Assembly (NCBI GenBank): GCA_051294905.1
Contig: CM119372.1
Coordinates: 23,004,001 to 23,068,000 of the forward strand
DNA length: 64,000 bases
Origin: Botryllus schlosseri
Taxonomy: Eukaryota
Direction: 5' to 3'
A program made the position numbers and the translations under genes. Under the pieces are notes generated by a model. The model did no database searches. It saw only the letters and a program-made list of their open reading frames with translations, and was not told the origin of the DNA. Positions 25,986-38,499 of this stretch are shown here, one piece after another (position 1 is the first letter of the stretch; the number at the start of each line of letters is the position of its first letter).

Positions 25986-26490
25986 CTGTTGAAAATTAAT
26001 ATTATTATAGGGCAACCATAGTTTTGCGGAGCAAATTCCGGACACTCTTTAGCGCCCACTAGTAGACTTTAAAATTAGGTATGGTACATTTCTTTCAATA
26101 TGACGTCACACTAGAAAAGTTTTGCCTAGCGACCATAGGTGGTCACGATCCGGATCAGGAGCCGTTATAATGTTAGGTCGGTGCATTAATGTGGTTGTGT
26201 CTCGTAAGGGCAACCCTACATCATTTCAGGCGCTTTTAAGGGATGGGGAATTTCCAGAACAGTCCATGAACCAATGATTTTGCCGTATCAGGATATATGT
26301 AGTTTGTTTAGCTTCTGGTCGTGTACCTGTTGGTTTTGTTTTGGTATTCATGATGTTTCGACATCAATGGTCATTTTACACCAGATCGATATTATCTTAT
26401 TTGATTCCTGGACCGCGGACTTAAAGCACGACCCTATATTTAGCTCTTGACTTTTGCAAAGCACCGCTTACGCTGATCGGATATTCGTAC

Positions 26491-26587
26491 CTGTATTTTG
26501 CTGTGTACTAAGTCCCATTCCATTCGATCATGTTTATACGCAGCTCGTGATTTCCTGTCTCGGTCAGTTGATGAATTTTTTTTAGAC
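26491..26587 (-). pseudogene. Fibrinogen-domain exon with in-frame stop
   Basis: AG|GLKKIHQLTETGNHELRINMIEWNGT*YTAKY|GT; TAG at 26508-26510; intron phases fit both neighbouring exons. Confidence 0.85.
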
Positions 26588-26802
26588 CTTCGGAAATAGA
26601 AAATTTTGGTTTTCGTTACTCGTTTTTCTGAGATCCTTTACCGTATCACCTAATGCTTTATTTAAACAATGAATTACAACATAAATGAGTTTTAAAGTCT
26701 TTCGGAAATTGACGTTATTTACAACATTTCTCCAAACTCTTGCCATTGAAGGATTCGCCAGGGACTCAAAAAATATGCCGCTGATTACAATTGGGAATGG
26801 AA

Positions 26803-27306
26803 AATGGTTGTAATGACTCGAGTCACGATTTTCTGATAACTCGACTTGACTCGAGTAATTTTCTCAAAATACGGAAACGACTCGTTTCGACTCGAGTCAT
26901 TGCGCATGACTCGAACCAAGTCATATGACTCGAGACTCAGACGGCCAAAACCGACATTTCATTGTAATTTCGAAGAATAGTACAGTAACCACACTATTGG
27001 GATCTCGTCTATTGGTACTGGTACTTGAAAATGTGATCAGAAACTGCTTAAAGTGAGGAAAATTAGTATGACATAAATGCGAACTATTCAATATCATCAA
27101 ACAGAGTTTTTAAACATGGGTTTAACAAGACATTAACTGGAAACTGAGAAGTCAACACAATGACTTGGACTCGACCCTCTGTTCGATGACTTGGACTCGG
27201 ACTTGACTCAGTGGTGAATTGAAAATGACTCGGCTAGACGCGAGTCAAAACTATAAAAGTGAAATTGACTTGTGACATGGAGCCTTGTGACTTGGTTACA
27301 ACCCTG
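26803..27306. mobile_element. hAT MITE with GACTCGAGTC repeats
   Basis: Right TIR ttacaaccctg, decayed left TIR; TSD GAATGGAA; related copy 42003-42341. Confidence 0.75.
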
Positions 27307-27435
27307 GAATGGAATGAATTAAATTGCTGTCAAAACAGCAATTCTGTTACTTCACATAAGCGCTGATACTTATATTCTCGAAAAAGGCTCAGGGACCCCC
27401 AAATGGTGACTTACCACGTCTATAAAGCACATCAG

Positions 27436-28780
27436 CAGGCCGTGTTATTTTTGGCATATGCCAAAACTGCCAAAAATAACTTATTTTTGGCATTTTTCGA
27501 TTTTTATTTTTGGCAGTTTTGGCATCGTCCTCTAAATAGATAGTTTCAGCCTCGAATTAGTCACAAAAACACTTTATTTGGGCTAGTTTATCAAAAGACA
27601 CCACAAAATGTGCAGCATCCACGTATAATCAGTGCCAACAAACAATAAGAAGAAAAACCTAACGATTTCATAGGTTAATAATATCAAACGAAACCACAAA
27701 ATGTGCAGTATCCATCGGACTCGGTGCCAATAAGCAAAAAAAAAGCCTAACAAACACGCTCAACAGCTGATTGTTACAGCTGTTGAATAGACTTAAATCG
27801 TTTGCACTGTAACAGTGCTGCCAAACTCAGGTCAGCTAAGTTTCTCCTAAATTCATATCTCGCACACCGAATCTGAGAAATATCGGCTTCAACAGTAGCC
27901 GTTGAGGGAAAGAATGTTGCCAGTCATCCACAAAAGGTTTTCAGAGCTTCAAAATCTTTGGAGAGCCGAACCGGATTCCATGCATCATGAAAAGAGATCA
28001 CTTCGCCAGTGCCATCGATCTCATCGCGGAAGGAATTTTCTTCCCGATCCTTTTCAGGAGTTTCCTGTGTTGTCTCTCAACACATTCTATTTAGTAGCCC
28101 GACTATCATTTCTCCTTCAGTCTACCGATATATATTCGGAGGACTTTTGTCACTTCAGGTGGCTTTAATATTACCAACTCGCATGGAAGAGTCCGGGGAA
28201 GGTTAGCTTGTTTAAGAACATTGACGCAACAAGACTGTCTGGCAAAACGAGACCATGCAGCTCAGAAATAGCCAGACAGTTAGTTGCGTCACAATGTTCA
28301 ACTCGATCACAATGCAAAAATCGTGGTTGATTTCGGGGGTTCCAGCTTCATGAGCAGAATATAATTTATATTTTAATAATCAGTACTGCGGCAGCTTCTC
28401 ATTGATACCCGTTTTATCAAATTTAGTGCTCGACAAGCCGGTCAAAAATGGTCGTAAAATTGCCTTTGGACAAATGGAAAGTATGACGCAAACCAAATGC
28501 AGTCAGCCGCTCATTCACGCTGTGCCCACACCATTTAGGACACCATGCTTTCACCTCTAATGGGTGGGCTGGACCCAGATTAAGAAACCTGCCTTTCACA
28601 AACGCTCTTCTCGCTTGTAACGCGGTCCTGTTAACACAACACCATGAACGAAATACTCTATTTGGCAGGCCGTGTTATTTTTGGCATATGCCAAAAATTG
28701 CTTATTTTTGGCATTTTCAAATTTTTATTTTTGGCAGTTTTGGCATTTGGCTCCTGAAATGCCAAAAATAACACGGCCTG
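27436..28780. mobile_element. CAGGCCGTGTTATTTTTGGCA-family element, copy 2
   Basis: Perfect TIRs; TSD CACATCAG; reverse-complement homologue of 8459-9790. Confidence 0.9.
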
Positions 28781-28846
28781 CACATCAGTCATAAATGGAT
28801 CTTCCAATATCACATGAAAAGTTATCTTTTAAAAGTGTTATAAAAT

Positions 28847-29279
28847 TAGAGTTACCACACGTCCTAAAAGGATTTTTAAGAGGATTTGTCCTCTTTTTTG
28901 AGTTTTTTGAAAGTGTCCTCGGAGGACGCCCAAATGTCCTCTTTTTGAGATTTTGTCCTCTTTTTTGAGAATTTTGGTGAAATATGGGGAAAAATTGGAC
29001 TGAGATACAGTAAATCAGCACTGAAGTAACGCTCCGGCGGCTATTTCGGGAGCTGAGCCGGCAAGTTGACCATTTTTTTTTTGTTTTTTTAGTCAATCAA
29101 CGGAGAATTGAACAAAAGTGTGAATTTCTGGAGCCGAGTCGGAAGTTGATTTTTTTAAATCAACCAACCAAAGTCGGGGAAAATATTTACCATTTTTTAA
29201 GGATTTTACTCCACTATTGTAAGTCGGAAAATTGTGAAAAAGTTTCCTCTTTTCAGATTTCCAAAATATGGTAGCCCTA
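28847..29279. mobile_element. TAGGGTTACCA-family MITE
   Basis: tagagttacca / tggtagcccta; TSD TATAAAAT/AATAAAAT; homologue of 40810-41148 and ~21840-22110. Confidence 0.7.
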
Positions 29280-30489
29280 AATAAAATGCCTTAGCTTCTA
29301 CTCGGCTGAATTAAGACGATTAGATGCTACTCTGCGGTCGGCGGTCATCATCATCAGAACATTCATTCCATACCAATGATCTATATCTACGTATTATAGC
29401 TGTTGAACCGACTCTTTCGAGAGTTCCAACCATCCCATATCGTATACGTCGGCTATATCGGGTGGTATTCGTCGTCCATAGGCTCACACAACATGTTTTT
29501 GGAAAGTATTTACACAATTATGGCATAATTATACAACTTAAAAAAACACAGTTTATTTTGAAAAAGGCCTTTGTTTAAAACATGTTTTAAACAAAGTGTT
29601 TAAAACAACCATTTGTTTTGAATGCACCTCTATAGCCGTATTAGTATCTATCTCATTTGTACGGGTTCTGTTCGTGTACAAATAATGGTCATTTTACACC
29701 AGGCCGATATTATCTTTTATGATTTCTGACTTACGGCATAGAGACTAAATTTTTCTTTTAGGCGTTTGGAAGACATCGTTTTCGCTAATCGGATATTGAT
29801 GCCTGTATTAGATGCCAAGTAAAATTATCCTACAAGACAGCAAATGTCGCACATATTCATGTGCCTATATTTCTACTGTCCGGAAATCTTGCGTAATTAC
29901 TCTAGTCACTATTATAGTAACAAATATGCAAGTTATTCACAGAGGCGAAAACGCCTTAGCTAAACCGTTGAATGTTGCATGCAAGGCACAGCACTGCTCA
30001 GTGCTCATGCTCGTGGAATATAACGAAAATATATGTGGTACCATTACGGAATTTCTCGTGATTTGGTGTCAAAGTCACATACGTTGTCGCCAGATTGTCA
30101 TAATGTGGCTCATGAACATGCTCGACATTTGCTAAACATAGGGTTACCATACTTCCATAAATTACGGGAATTACGGATTCTGACAGCAGAGACGGCAAGG
30201 TTGACTAAAAGAAGGTCAACCATCACCAAATCTACGTTCGAGCTAGTCTAGTTGGAAAACTACATTTTTGTTAGTCAACACAACAGTATTTACAGTAAAG
30301 ATTTTTAAATTACCCGATTTCTCGTCGTATATCTAAAAAAAAAAATTGATTTGTAAAAGTGTCCCCTTTTCCGTATCTCAAAATATGGTAACCATTGCTA
30401 AATATGTATATATGTCTGAAAGTGATGGCACGCTAAATTAAAAGATTCGGTGTTTCGGAAAACTGGAGGCTCAGCAGACGGATTCTTAC

Positions 30490-30582
30490 CAAGCCAGAAC
30501 TCGCCGTCTGCATTTCCAAATCCATTGACGTAATCGTTTCATCCACGACATAAATTAACAGATCCATGCGGCGTTGAAAGAC
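30490..30582 (-). pseudogene. Fibrinogen-domain exon, frameshifted
   Basis: VFQRRMD/[frameshift]/SVNLCRG*NDYVNGFGNADGEFWLG|GTAAGA; TGA at the conserved W; acceptor is AT instead of AG. Confidence 0.85.
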
Positions 30583-30605
30583 ATGATATATGTCAGTATC
30601 ATATA

Positions 30606-32398
30606 CAGAGGTGGTCAAAGAACTAGAAGTAGCGACGAAAAAATCGACTCAAGTACGAGTAGAAGTACTTCTTCCATAAGTCACCTAAATCTACTTGAAG
30701 TAGAAGTAGAATAGACTGACTTTAAATCTACTCAAGTAAGTAAGTAGTTTTGAGAACAGTCTTAATTCGTTCGCATGTACTGTCAAAATCTACAATACAC
30801 TTCTAAAAAGCGGAAAATATATTTTATGTCTTTTGTCTATAAAGCTTTAAAGCTGATCTGCTAAAACAGGTGTAACGTTAAAAAAGCCAGATATTCCAGA
30901 TTAGCAGGACACGTCATGGGCTGCTAGATTACGCTATGATAGGTAATTGCTAGATTGCGAAACGGTAGTTTCAAACGTTATGGTGGGCCATATTTACTGT
31001 GATGAAAAATTTGATATGGGCGATAATGCGGTGTGAGCGGAACCAAGCAATCCGGTACCTAAATTATATTCACTGGTACTTTCGTGAAAACTAGGGATGG
31101 TGTGAACCTCTGAAAGGTTCAGGTTCGTGTGAACGCGAACCTTTTTAAAAGGTTCTATGTGAACACGAACGTGAACCTCGTGACGTCACGTGACGTCATA
31201 TTGCTAATTCCAACCCTTTCTTTCAATGAAGTGATAGCCTATGCCCTATGTTAATGTACACGATACCTGGCGAAGATTCGGCCCACATAATGCCACAATG
31301 CTGAAGTACATATCGGCGTTTTAAACGTCGCTAAATGTATCAACCGCGGTAATCAAAGGATATAGTAATTGCATAAAATCAGTACATTCCGTCGCTTTGC
31401 CAACAATTTCGACGAGGACTTACCAAGGAATATAAGCTTACGCACAAACGGTCTTAGCCAGACCGGACAATGTGTTCGGAGTCTGAGTATTGCTACATTG
31501 ATATTGAGCAGAGTGTACAACGGGTTTCTATACTCTCTACCGATACCACAAACAACAAGTTATGCAGCAGTAGCAAGCACCTTAATCACACGGATTTGGT
31601 TTTAATGATACAGTAAAGATATGAAGTCAAGATTGACCCAGTCCGAACGATCGATTTTTTACATCAGAAGACGATATCAATGTCATTGATTGGTTGAATA
31701 AGCATCATTCGCTGACTACGTATATCGATTGCGGGTCAAGCTCCCAGCAGAGAGTCACTAAATATTCAGAAACGGAAAGCTGGATATTCCGAGAAAATTT
31801 TGCAACAAAGCAAGTGAAACTTTTAGGGTTGTCGAGGTGCATGGTGCATGCTCGTTTAGCGTTGATTTTTTATGCTGCCAGCACCATGCATGGAGTGGCC
31901 CGCAGTTGAAATGCAATAAATTTGAGTCAAAGATCTTATAATGGAGTGAAAATTACAATTTACCAAAAGGTTCACAGTGCAGAACCTACCAAGGTTCTGT
32001 TGTGAACGCGAACCTCTATATTTCCGAGGTTCACACACAGAACGCGAACGTGAACCTCACGTTCACACCATCCCTAGAAAACATATTCTCATACCATAAC
32101 TACTGTGCACGAAGCGCAACAAAATTTCTGGGCTTTACTTGACTTTTATGAATATTAAATGTTGGTACTCCGTGAAAACAGCCTCCAAATTCCTCAGGCT
32201 ATCTTTCGTATTGGGAGATTAAACTACTTCTACTTGACAAACTGAAAATAGCGAAAAGTAAGTAAGTAGATCACAAAATATTACGAAGTAGAAGTGGAAG
32301 TAGATAAAATCAAATGTACTTGAGTAAGTACCAGAAGTAGAGGAAAACTACTTGAGTATTTACAAAAAGTAGAAGTACTTCGTTACTGACCACCTCTG
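30606..32398. mobile_element. CAGAGGTGGTCA-family element with nested insertion
   Basis: TIRs cagaggtggtca / tgaccacctctg; TSD not clearly preserved. Confidence 0.75.
31092..32076. mobile_element. TAGGGATGGTGTGAAC family, copy 2
   Basis: Perfect 16-bp TIRs; 6-bp TSD GAAAAC; inverted relative to 1909-2927. Confidence 0.85.
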
Positions 32399-32488
32399 GT
32401 AATAAACAGGTCACTTTTATTTGGACTACAATATAGCCACTCATTCCACCCAGTATTGTGGGGCTACACAAAAAATCATCGGATAGAG

Positions 32489-34458
32489 CAGTGCTTTTCA
32501 ACCTGTGTGACGGTTCGCACTGGTGCGAATGAAAAAAATTGCAGTGCGAATGACGAAGGTGATGCGAACAGTGCGAATGAAAATCCGCGTCAAGTGCGAA
32601 TGACGAAGGTGGTGCGAATGGTGCGAATAAAAATCCGGATTAAGTGCGAATGATTAATTGTTAACTTTTCTGACGAGGAATAATTCAAATAAACTTAATA
32701 GGAAATTTAGAATCAGTGGAACTTTTGTAGTTGCGACGCAATTGTAAAAACTTAATACGACGCACGACTAATCGTAGCTCTTACAAGCCGTGGTGAATTA
32801 ATATTCCCACACTATAATTATTACGTCACCAAAAGTCTGGTTTGGAAGCTGGTGTAGTGGCAGTATAGAGATCTCTACAATCTCTATAGCGGCAGACATA
32901 CAGTATATCAGCCCGTCTGATCCTGCGATAAGCTCGAAAAATGATGTCAAATTGACTTTCTGCTTTCTTTCGCTAAACAATCATCATATTTTCGTAATAA
33001 CTGTTCGATTAGCGCGAGGTACGAGGATAGTAGTAAATACCAACATTACAGCGACTCACATTCGCAAGTTTACTCTAACGTAAATTTTTACCCTTTAATG
33101 GTTATTAAAGTAGGGACCGCAAAGGGTATAATTTTGGGTCGACACGGTGCCAGAGCTATCTGTGAATATGTATGTAATATTTATTGAATTTGTTGCAAAA
33201 AATCCTGCGATCGTTTTACATATCATATGGCATGGAATTCATGATCAAATTTGTCCGACTGTTTTTTTCTGGAAATCATGGTCGAAGACTGTTGGGATGA
33301 ACTAGTGTAGGGGTGTGCAACGAGCGAGTTCAGGCCTATGAGACTCATTCATTTCGAGGCCAACCCCTTCTTCGTCGGGGCACATGAAGACGTAAAGTTT
33401 TGGCGAATAAACCGCTGATAAAATGCGGTGCCAAAAACATGAGCGGCGATAAAACCTCGGTCTAAAAATGACCGATGCTGGATGGCCAAACCTTTCGAGA
33501 TGGATTGGATATGCTCCGTTGTCGGCACGGAATAGTCGCGTTCTTGCAATCTGAGTAGACAATATATAGTACAACTGTGATACGCAGAGGAATTTAGTTC
33601 GCCTAATTTGAAATCGTGTACGTCAGACATGTGTCGTAGAGCTGTGTTGGTTAGAATTATGATGTGCGCGCTCTGTATGTCATGTCATATATGCCCGTAA
33701 CATCGTAGCATACAACTGTAATATTAAATATAAATTCCTCTTCATGGGTGAGGCTCGGGTCGCGAGATGCCACAATTTTGGTGGTATTCTAAAAGCTGGT
33801 TTACCGTTATCAAACTGTTATGAATTCTCAAGTTAGATTGGCGTGAAGGGTAGAACACGCAGTATAGGCCTACCATGAGTTATTTGCTCTTCTCATAAAC
33901 TTGCGAGCGAGCCAGAAGTTGGAGCAACGTGTCATCAGGTATGGGGCTCTAATGTGCCAAGTCTTCTTGATCGTTTTGCACCTTATGTTCCAAAGATATA
34001 AGACAAAAGCCTCAACACAAACATGTGGGTTTTTCATCCTTTCGACAAACTGGAGCTTCGCGTGACCTTTGTGCCAGCTCTCAAAGACGATTTCAGCCAG
34101 CAAGCATTTTTCACTCGCGAAAAATACGCTATATTTTGGATAGGAGTGCAGAACAGATTTTAAGACCTGGCCATCCAAGCACTAGTAGAAGTTCTCGTAC
34201 AAATTCCGAACAACATTGTTTGGTCGAAAAGGGTTGTATTGAAATAATTGTAAGTAAAACGAGCGAAAAAAGTTGCCTTTTTAATGAGACATTTGATAGC
34301 TTAAGCTACATAGTTATCCATATTGTCGCACATCTGAACAAAGTGTTGAGTAGGCCTATCTTCATCTTTTTGTATAATAATTTTCGATTAGTTTGTGCGA
34401 ATGAGATTTATTTCACGAAAAAAGTGCGAATGGAGCTCAAAAAGGTTGAAAAGCACTG
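32489..34458 (-). mobile_element. hAT element with probable decayed transposase
   Basis: TIRs cagtgcttttcaacc / ggttgaaaagcactg; TSD GGATAGAG; GTGCGAATG subterminal repeats; broken minus-strand ORFs. Confidence 0.85.
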
Positions 34459-34572
34459 GGATAGAGTCTTTGGAACTATCCAACAATCTTGCACATAAAT
34501 ATAATATTTACGGTTCTAACATACGTTGATGTGACTCTGTCACTGTGCAAGATCATAGAATCATGATCTTGC

Positions 34573-37054
34573 CAGACATGGGGTGATTACTTTATGAATG
34601 TAATCGATTGCGATTACGATTACTTCGGAATCACGCGATTACGATTACGATTACGATTACAGCAAAATCAGGAAGTAGTCGATTACGATTACGATTACAT
34701 TGGAAAAGTAATCACGATTACTCACGATTACATTTTTTTGCTTCTTAGAGCTATACTCTTAAATGATATATTGGAAGACAATACAAGGATTGCGATGAAA
34801 AGGCCTAATGAGATATCAACTCTCTTCATACATCATGCGTCATTTGCTTATTACGTCATAATATCCCAATTGCCCAACTTTATAGTCGATGATTTATCGC
34901 ATCCAACAATTTGCATTATTGCCAGGTCTTTACCTGCCGCACCCCAAATTCCTTAATAGGGTGGGGAGCGTTCTCGTAGGGGACTCAAAAGTATTTCGTA
35001 AACCAACATAAATTATAGAGCATTTTCGAGAATTTAAATAATTCTTGAAAATGTACTTCGAGCTTTGCGATTCAAATGTCTCTAGTACAGGGGTCACCAA
35101 CGCGGACCAAATGAGTCGCCCGCGGTCGCTGTAGCAAATATCCAAATGAGAGATTTGAAAGTTGAAACTGGTTTCATATGAGCAGCAGTTGAACATGGGT
35201 CGGCCGACCCCAAGGAACTTACGAACGCAGTCGCTCGGGGCATTGTTTGTCTTCCACGCGGCGGCTCAACGGGAATCTATAGTTAATATTCCCGAGTCTC
35301 GACGCGGAGATTGGCGCTTCGGCGCGCACTGCAGCAACGCAACTGAGCCCGGAGGAGCTGGTGTGAGTTCCGGCGAGTGAGCGTTTTTTGTTCTTGGTAA
35401 GGGTCGAAAACCCGGCCCAGTGCTCTGATTGTTTCACTCTAAGTGACGAAATCCAACTGAACACGGATAAACGGCGGGAGTAAGTGGTAACCCGTCGGTC
35501 GTCGCAATAATCAGTACACTACATACACAAGAAATAGCTTTTTGTTTCAAAACGGTTGGTGATCCCTGCTCGAGTAATAGCTGGGTTTGAAATGCATACC
35601 TCTTCCCCTAAAAAAACATTCATAGGCTATTTTATGGGAACAATCATTTCGGAGCCGGTCAATACCGCGCCACGATCGCACAACACACCAAAAGACATGC
35701 AGTTTCGGACAACACGAAACTCCACGGGATGTGATACCAAAGAAATATATGGCCGAAACTTAGGGTATTCGTCCATTGTCAATAGCCGCGCTGGGTGGGC
35801 GTGACTAATAACTCCTGTCCTTCCAATCTGGGCCCACAATGCAAATGTCACCCGGTGCATCCACAAAGGAATATAGTCATGACAATTTGTGTGTGCGTCA
35901 CACAAAAGGTATATTCTTTTAGTCTGCTACGTTTGGCGAGTACAATATTTTTTGATTATACAACAGACTGGAGGTCGCGAATTAACAACATACAATAAAG
36001 TAAATATAATACCATACCAGATGCTATGATTATGAATTACGTGCCCCAGCTCTACAGGTAAATCTGACACTCGGGGCTGAGAGAGGTTATAAATGAATAG
36101 TAATATAATGCGATTACGAATATTATTGACGAATTCAGTTTTGAAAATTGACCAACGGTTGGACAGGGGAACGAATTGCTGTTTTGGCTGAATTGCTGAT
36201 TCTAGCTACAACCCACGCTGACATGTCAGGCTATATAAGCGGGTGGTTATGGCCGCAGGTACAAATGCTAAGTAACGAACTGTGAAATAACGATTGACGC
36301 CCGTTTCAAGTAGTTATATAAGAATAAGATATAGTGAACATAAAAATTCTGCCTTCAACTTAATACTTATACTGCGAGCTGCTGTTACGAGAAACGGCTA
36401 AGCACGGCTCGGTTATGATATATATCAGCAGCTGTTTATTTGTAATGCTTCGTTGTGGAAACTGCAATGTTTTATTCGACGAGTACAAAATTCCGAATCT
36501 TCGTCAGGTGCACGTGCGTACGTAGGCCTCCTGCTCGTCAAGCAGCAACGGTAAACTGCGTTTAACTAAGCACAACCAAACATCAATACATAAGTTACTA
36601 TTTGAAACTATAGGCAGAGTGGCGATCCATATCCTGCTGCGAGGTAGGGGCTTCTGTAGTGTATTGATAACCTGATATACACCACGGGAGGTGTTCTTAC
36701 AATAACACTACAATGTCCATCGCATGTCTGTTTACTATGTGTGGATACTTCTTACGCAATGACGAGACGAGCTAATGAGTCAGTGGCGTTTGAAAATAGA
36801 CGTTTGTGCTATCGCTAACGTGGTATATTATCTCATTCTTGATCACGAATATTCAGTTTATGTCATAGTCCGTGTACAAACAAAAAGTAATCGTTCTTTC
36901 ACCAAAAAAATCGATTAGATGTGGAAAGTAGTCGATTACGATTACGATTACTTCGGATTTTTTTCGAATGTAATCGATTGCGATTACGATTACTTCAAAA
37001 TGCTGTAATCGTCGTAATCGATTACGATTACTAATCGCGATTACCCCATGTCTG
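34573..37054. mobile_element. hAT-type element with (GATTAC)n subterminal arrays
   Basis: TIRs cagacatggggt / accccatgtctg; TSD GATCTTGC. Confidence 0.85.
35131..35406 (+). pseudogene. Decayed 28S rRNA fragment
   Basis: gtagcaaatatccaaatgag...gcagcagttgaacatgggtc...gggaatc..gttaatattcccga...cgcggagattggcgcttcggcg...caacgcaactga.cccggag match conserved eukaryotic LSU rRNA motifs in the expected order (recognised from memory). Confidence 0.75.
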
Positions 37055-37831
37055 GATCTTGCTCCAGCGCGTTCCTTGGCTGATTATTCAGCGCTGACGG
37101 GAATGACGCATGCCGTGTTATTTTTGGCATATGTCAAAAATACCAAAAATAACTTAAATTTGGCATTTTTCAGATTTTATTTTTGGCAGTTTTGGCATCG
37201 CCTTGGATTCATATTTATAGACTCGAATTAACCATGCAAACTGCTTCAGTTTGGTCTTTCCTATGAAACGGAAGTCAGAACACATGCAGTATCCACACTC
37301 TGCCATCAAACAGCAATATTTGAATCCGAATTGAAAACGATGTTGGAGAAGAAATGTACCCGATACAAGACGAGTGCTTCGGCAATATCTATTCCCAATA
37401 GTCGATTCACTATGCGTACAACATTAACGGCATTCACACAGGTCACAATACTTACGATAGCAAAAGGGTTTCTGATACGTTTGGATAGCAGTCTTCACTA
37501 CCCAACCAATGGTTATGGAAATCACGAGTGGCTTTGATATTCAATATAATATGAAAAAAATATCCAACGGGAAATAAACAAAAAAAAAACAGTAAAGGAC
37601 TGAATGTTTGCAGGCCTATGTATGGTACGCATTGATGGGGGTTACTTCTTGGCCACTGAGGCATTTTGCACTGTATAAGTGTGTATGTTCAATTGTTCAT
37701 TGATGAAACTATATCCCTATTGTCCAATGGGACACAGTCTATAAGTGATTGCACCATATGATGACATTTTCCTTAACATGTTGTAACATGTTTCATTCAG
37801 TGTGCATGCCTCCTCTATACATCGCCTAGGC

Positions 37832-38147
37832 CAATGGTTCTCAACCTGGGGAGCGCACCCCCCTTGGGTGGCGTGAATGCATCTCAAGGGGGCACGAAGA
37901 AGCGGTCAACTGAGAAAATTTTCGCGCTCTGCGCGATTTACCTCCAATTCACGCGTGTTTCTCTATATATAGACCGAATTTCATATTTTTGAATTCTCTC
38001 AACAACAGTCATAACCTTCCATGCCATCAAACAATCTGTTGGGGTTGCTAGAATCCCAGTTGGTTTTGTAATATGACGATAAGGGGGGCGCGAAATTTTT
38101 TACTGTCATAAAGGGAGGCGTGTCTAAAAAAAGGTTGAGAACCACTG
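37832..38147. mobile_element. hAT MITE
   Basis: caatggttctcaacc / ggttgagaaccactg; TSD GCCTAGGC; inverted homologue 44899-45175. Confidence 0.85.
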
Positions 38148-38499
38148 GCCTAGGCCAAGGTGGGTATCTTATTCCATAGACTACTCCAAGTCGCTTGGAC
38201 ACCTTCCTGTCTTTTCATTGTATCGCATATTTGTGGTGTATTGAACTGATAAAAATTGCTAATAAACCGATGAATTGAATTGACCCAAATGCAGCATGGG
38301 TTGCGCGTACACTCTTAGCGAAAAGAGTGGGTATACACACCCCAAATGTGGTAAACGAAAACAGAACCTACGTAACCCGGCGGGTGTATATAACCAGAAT
38401 TCATTATTCCTCGGGGTGTACATCGGATATTTAACCAACCCATTAGCATTGATAGGGGTGTAATTTCCATATATACACCCCACTTGAAATCCTGTACCT

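Noticed and set aside
26508..30541. Stop-codon recoding or alternative genetic code in the FReD gene
   Set aside because: Two different stop types plus a frameshift and a broken acceptor are better explained by pseudogenisation
35627..35905. Possible Tc1-like transposase fragment
   Set aside because: Only a vague resemblance, with no identifiable catalytic motif or TIRs
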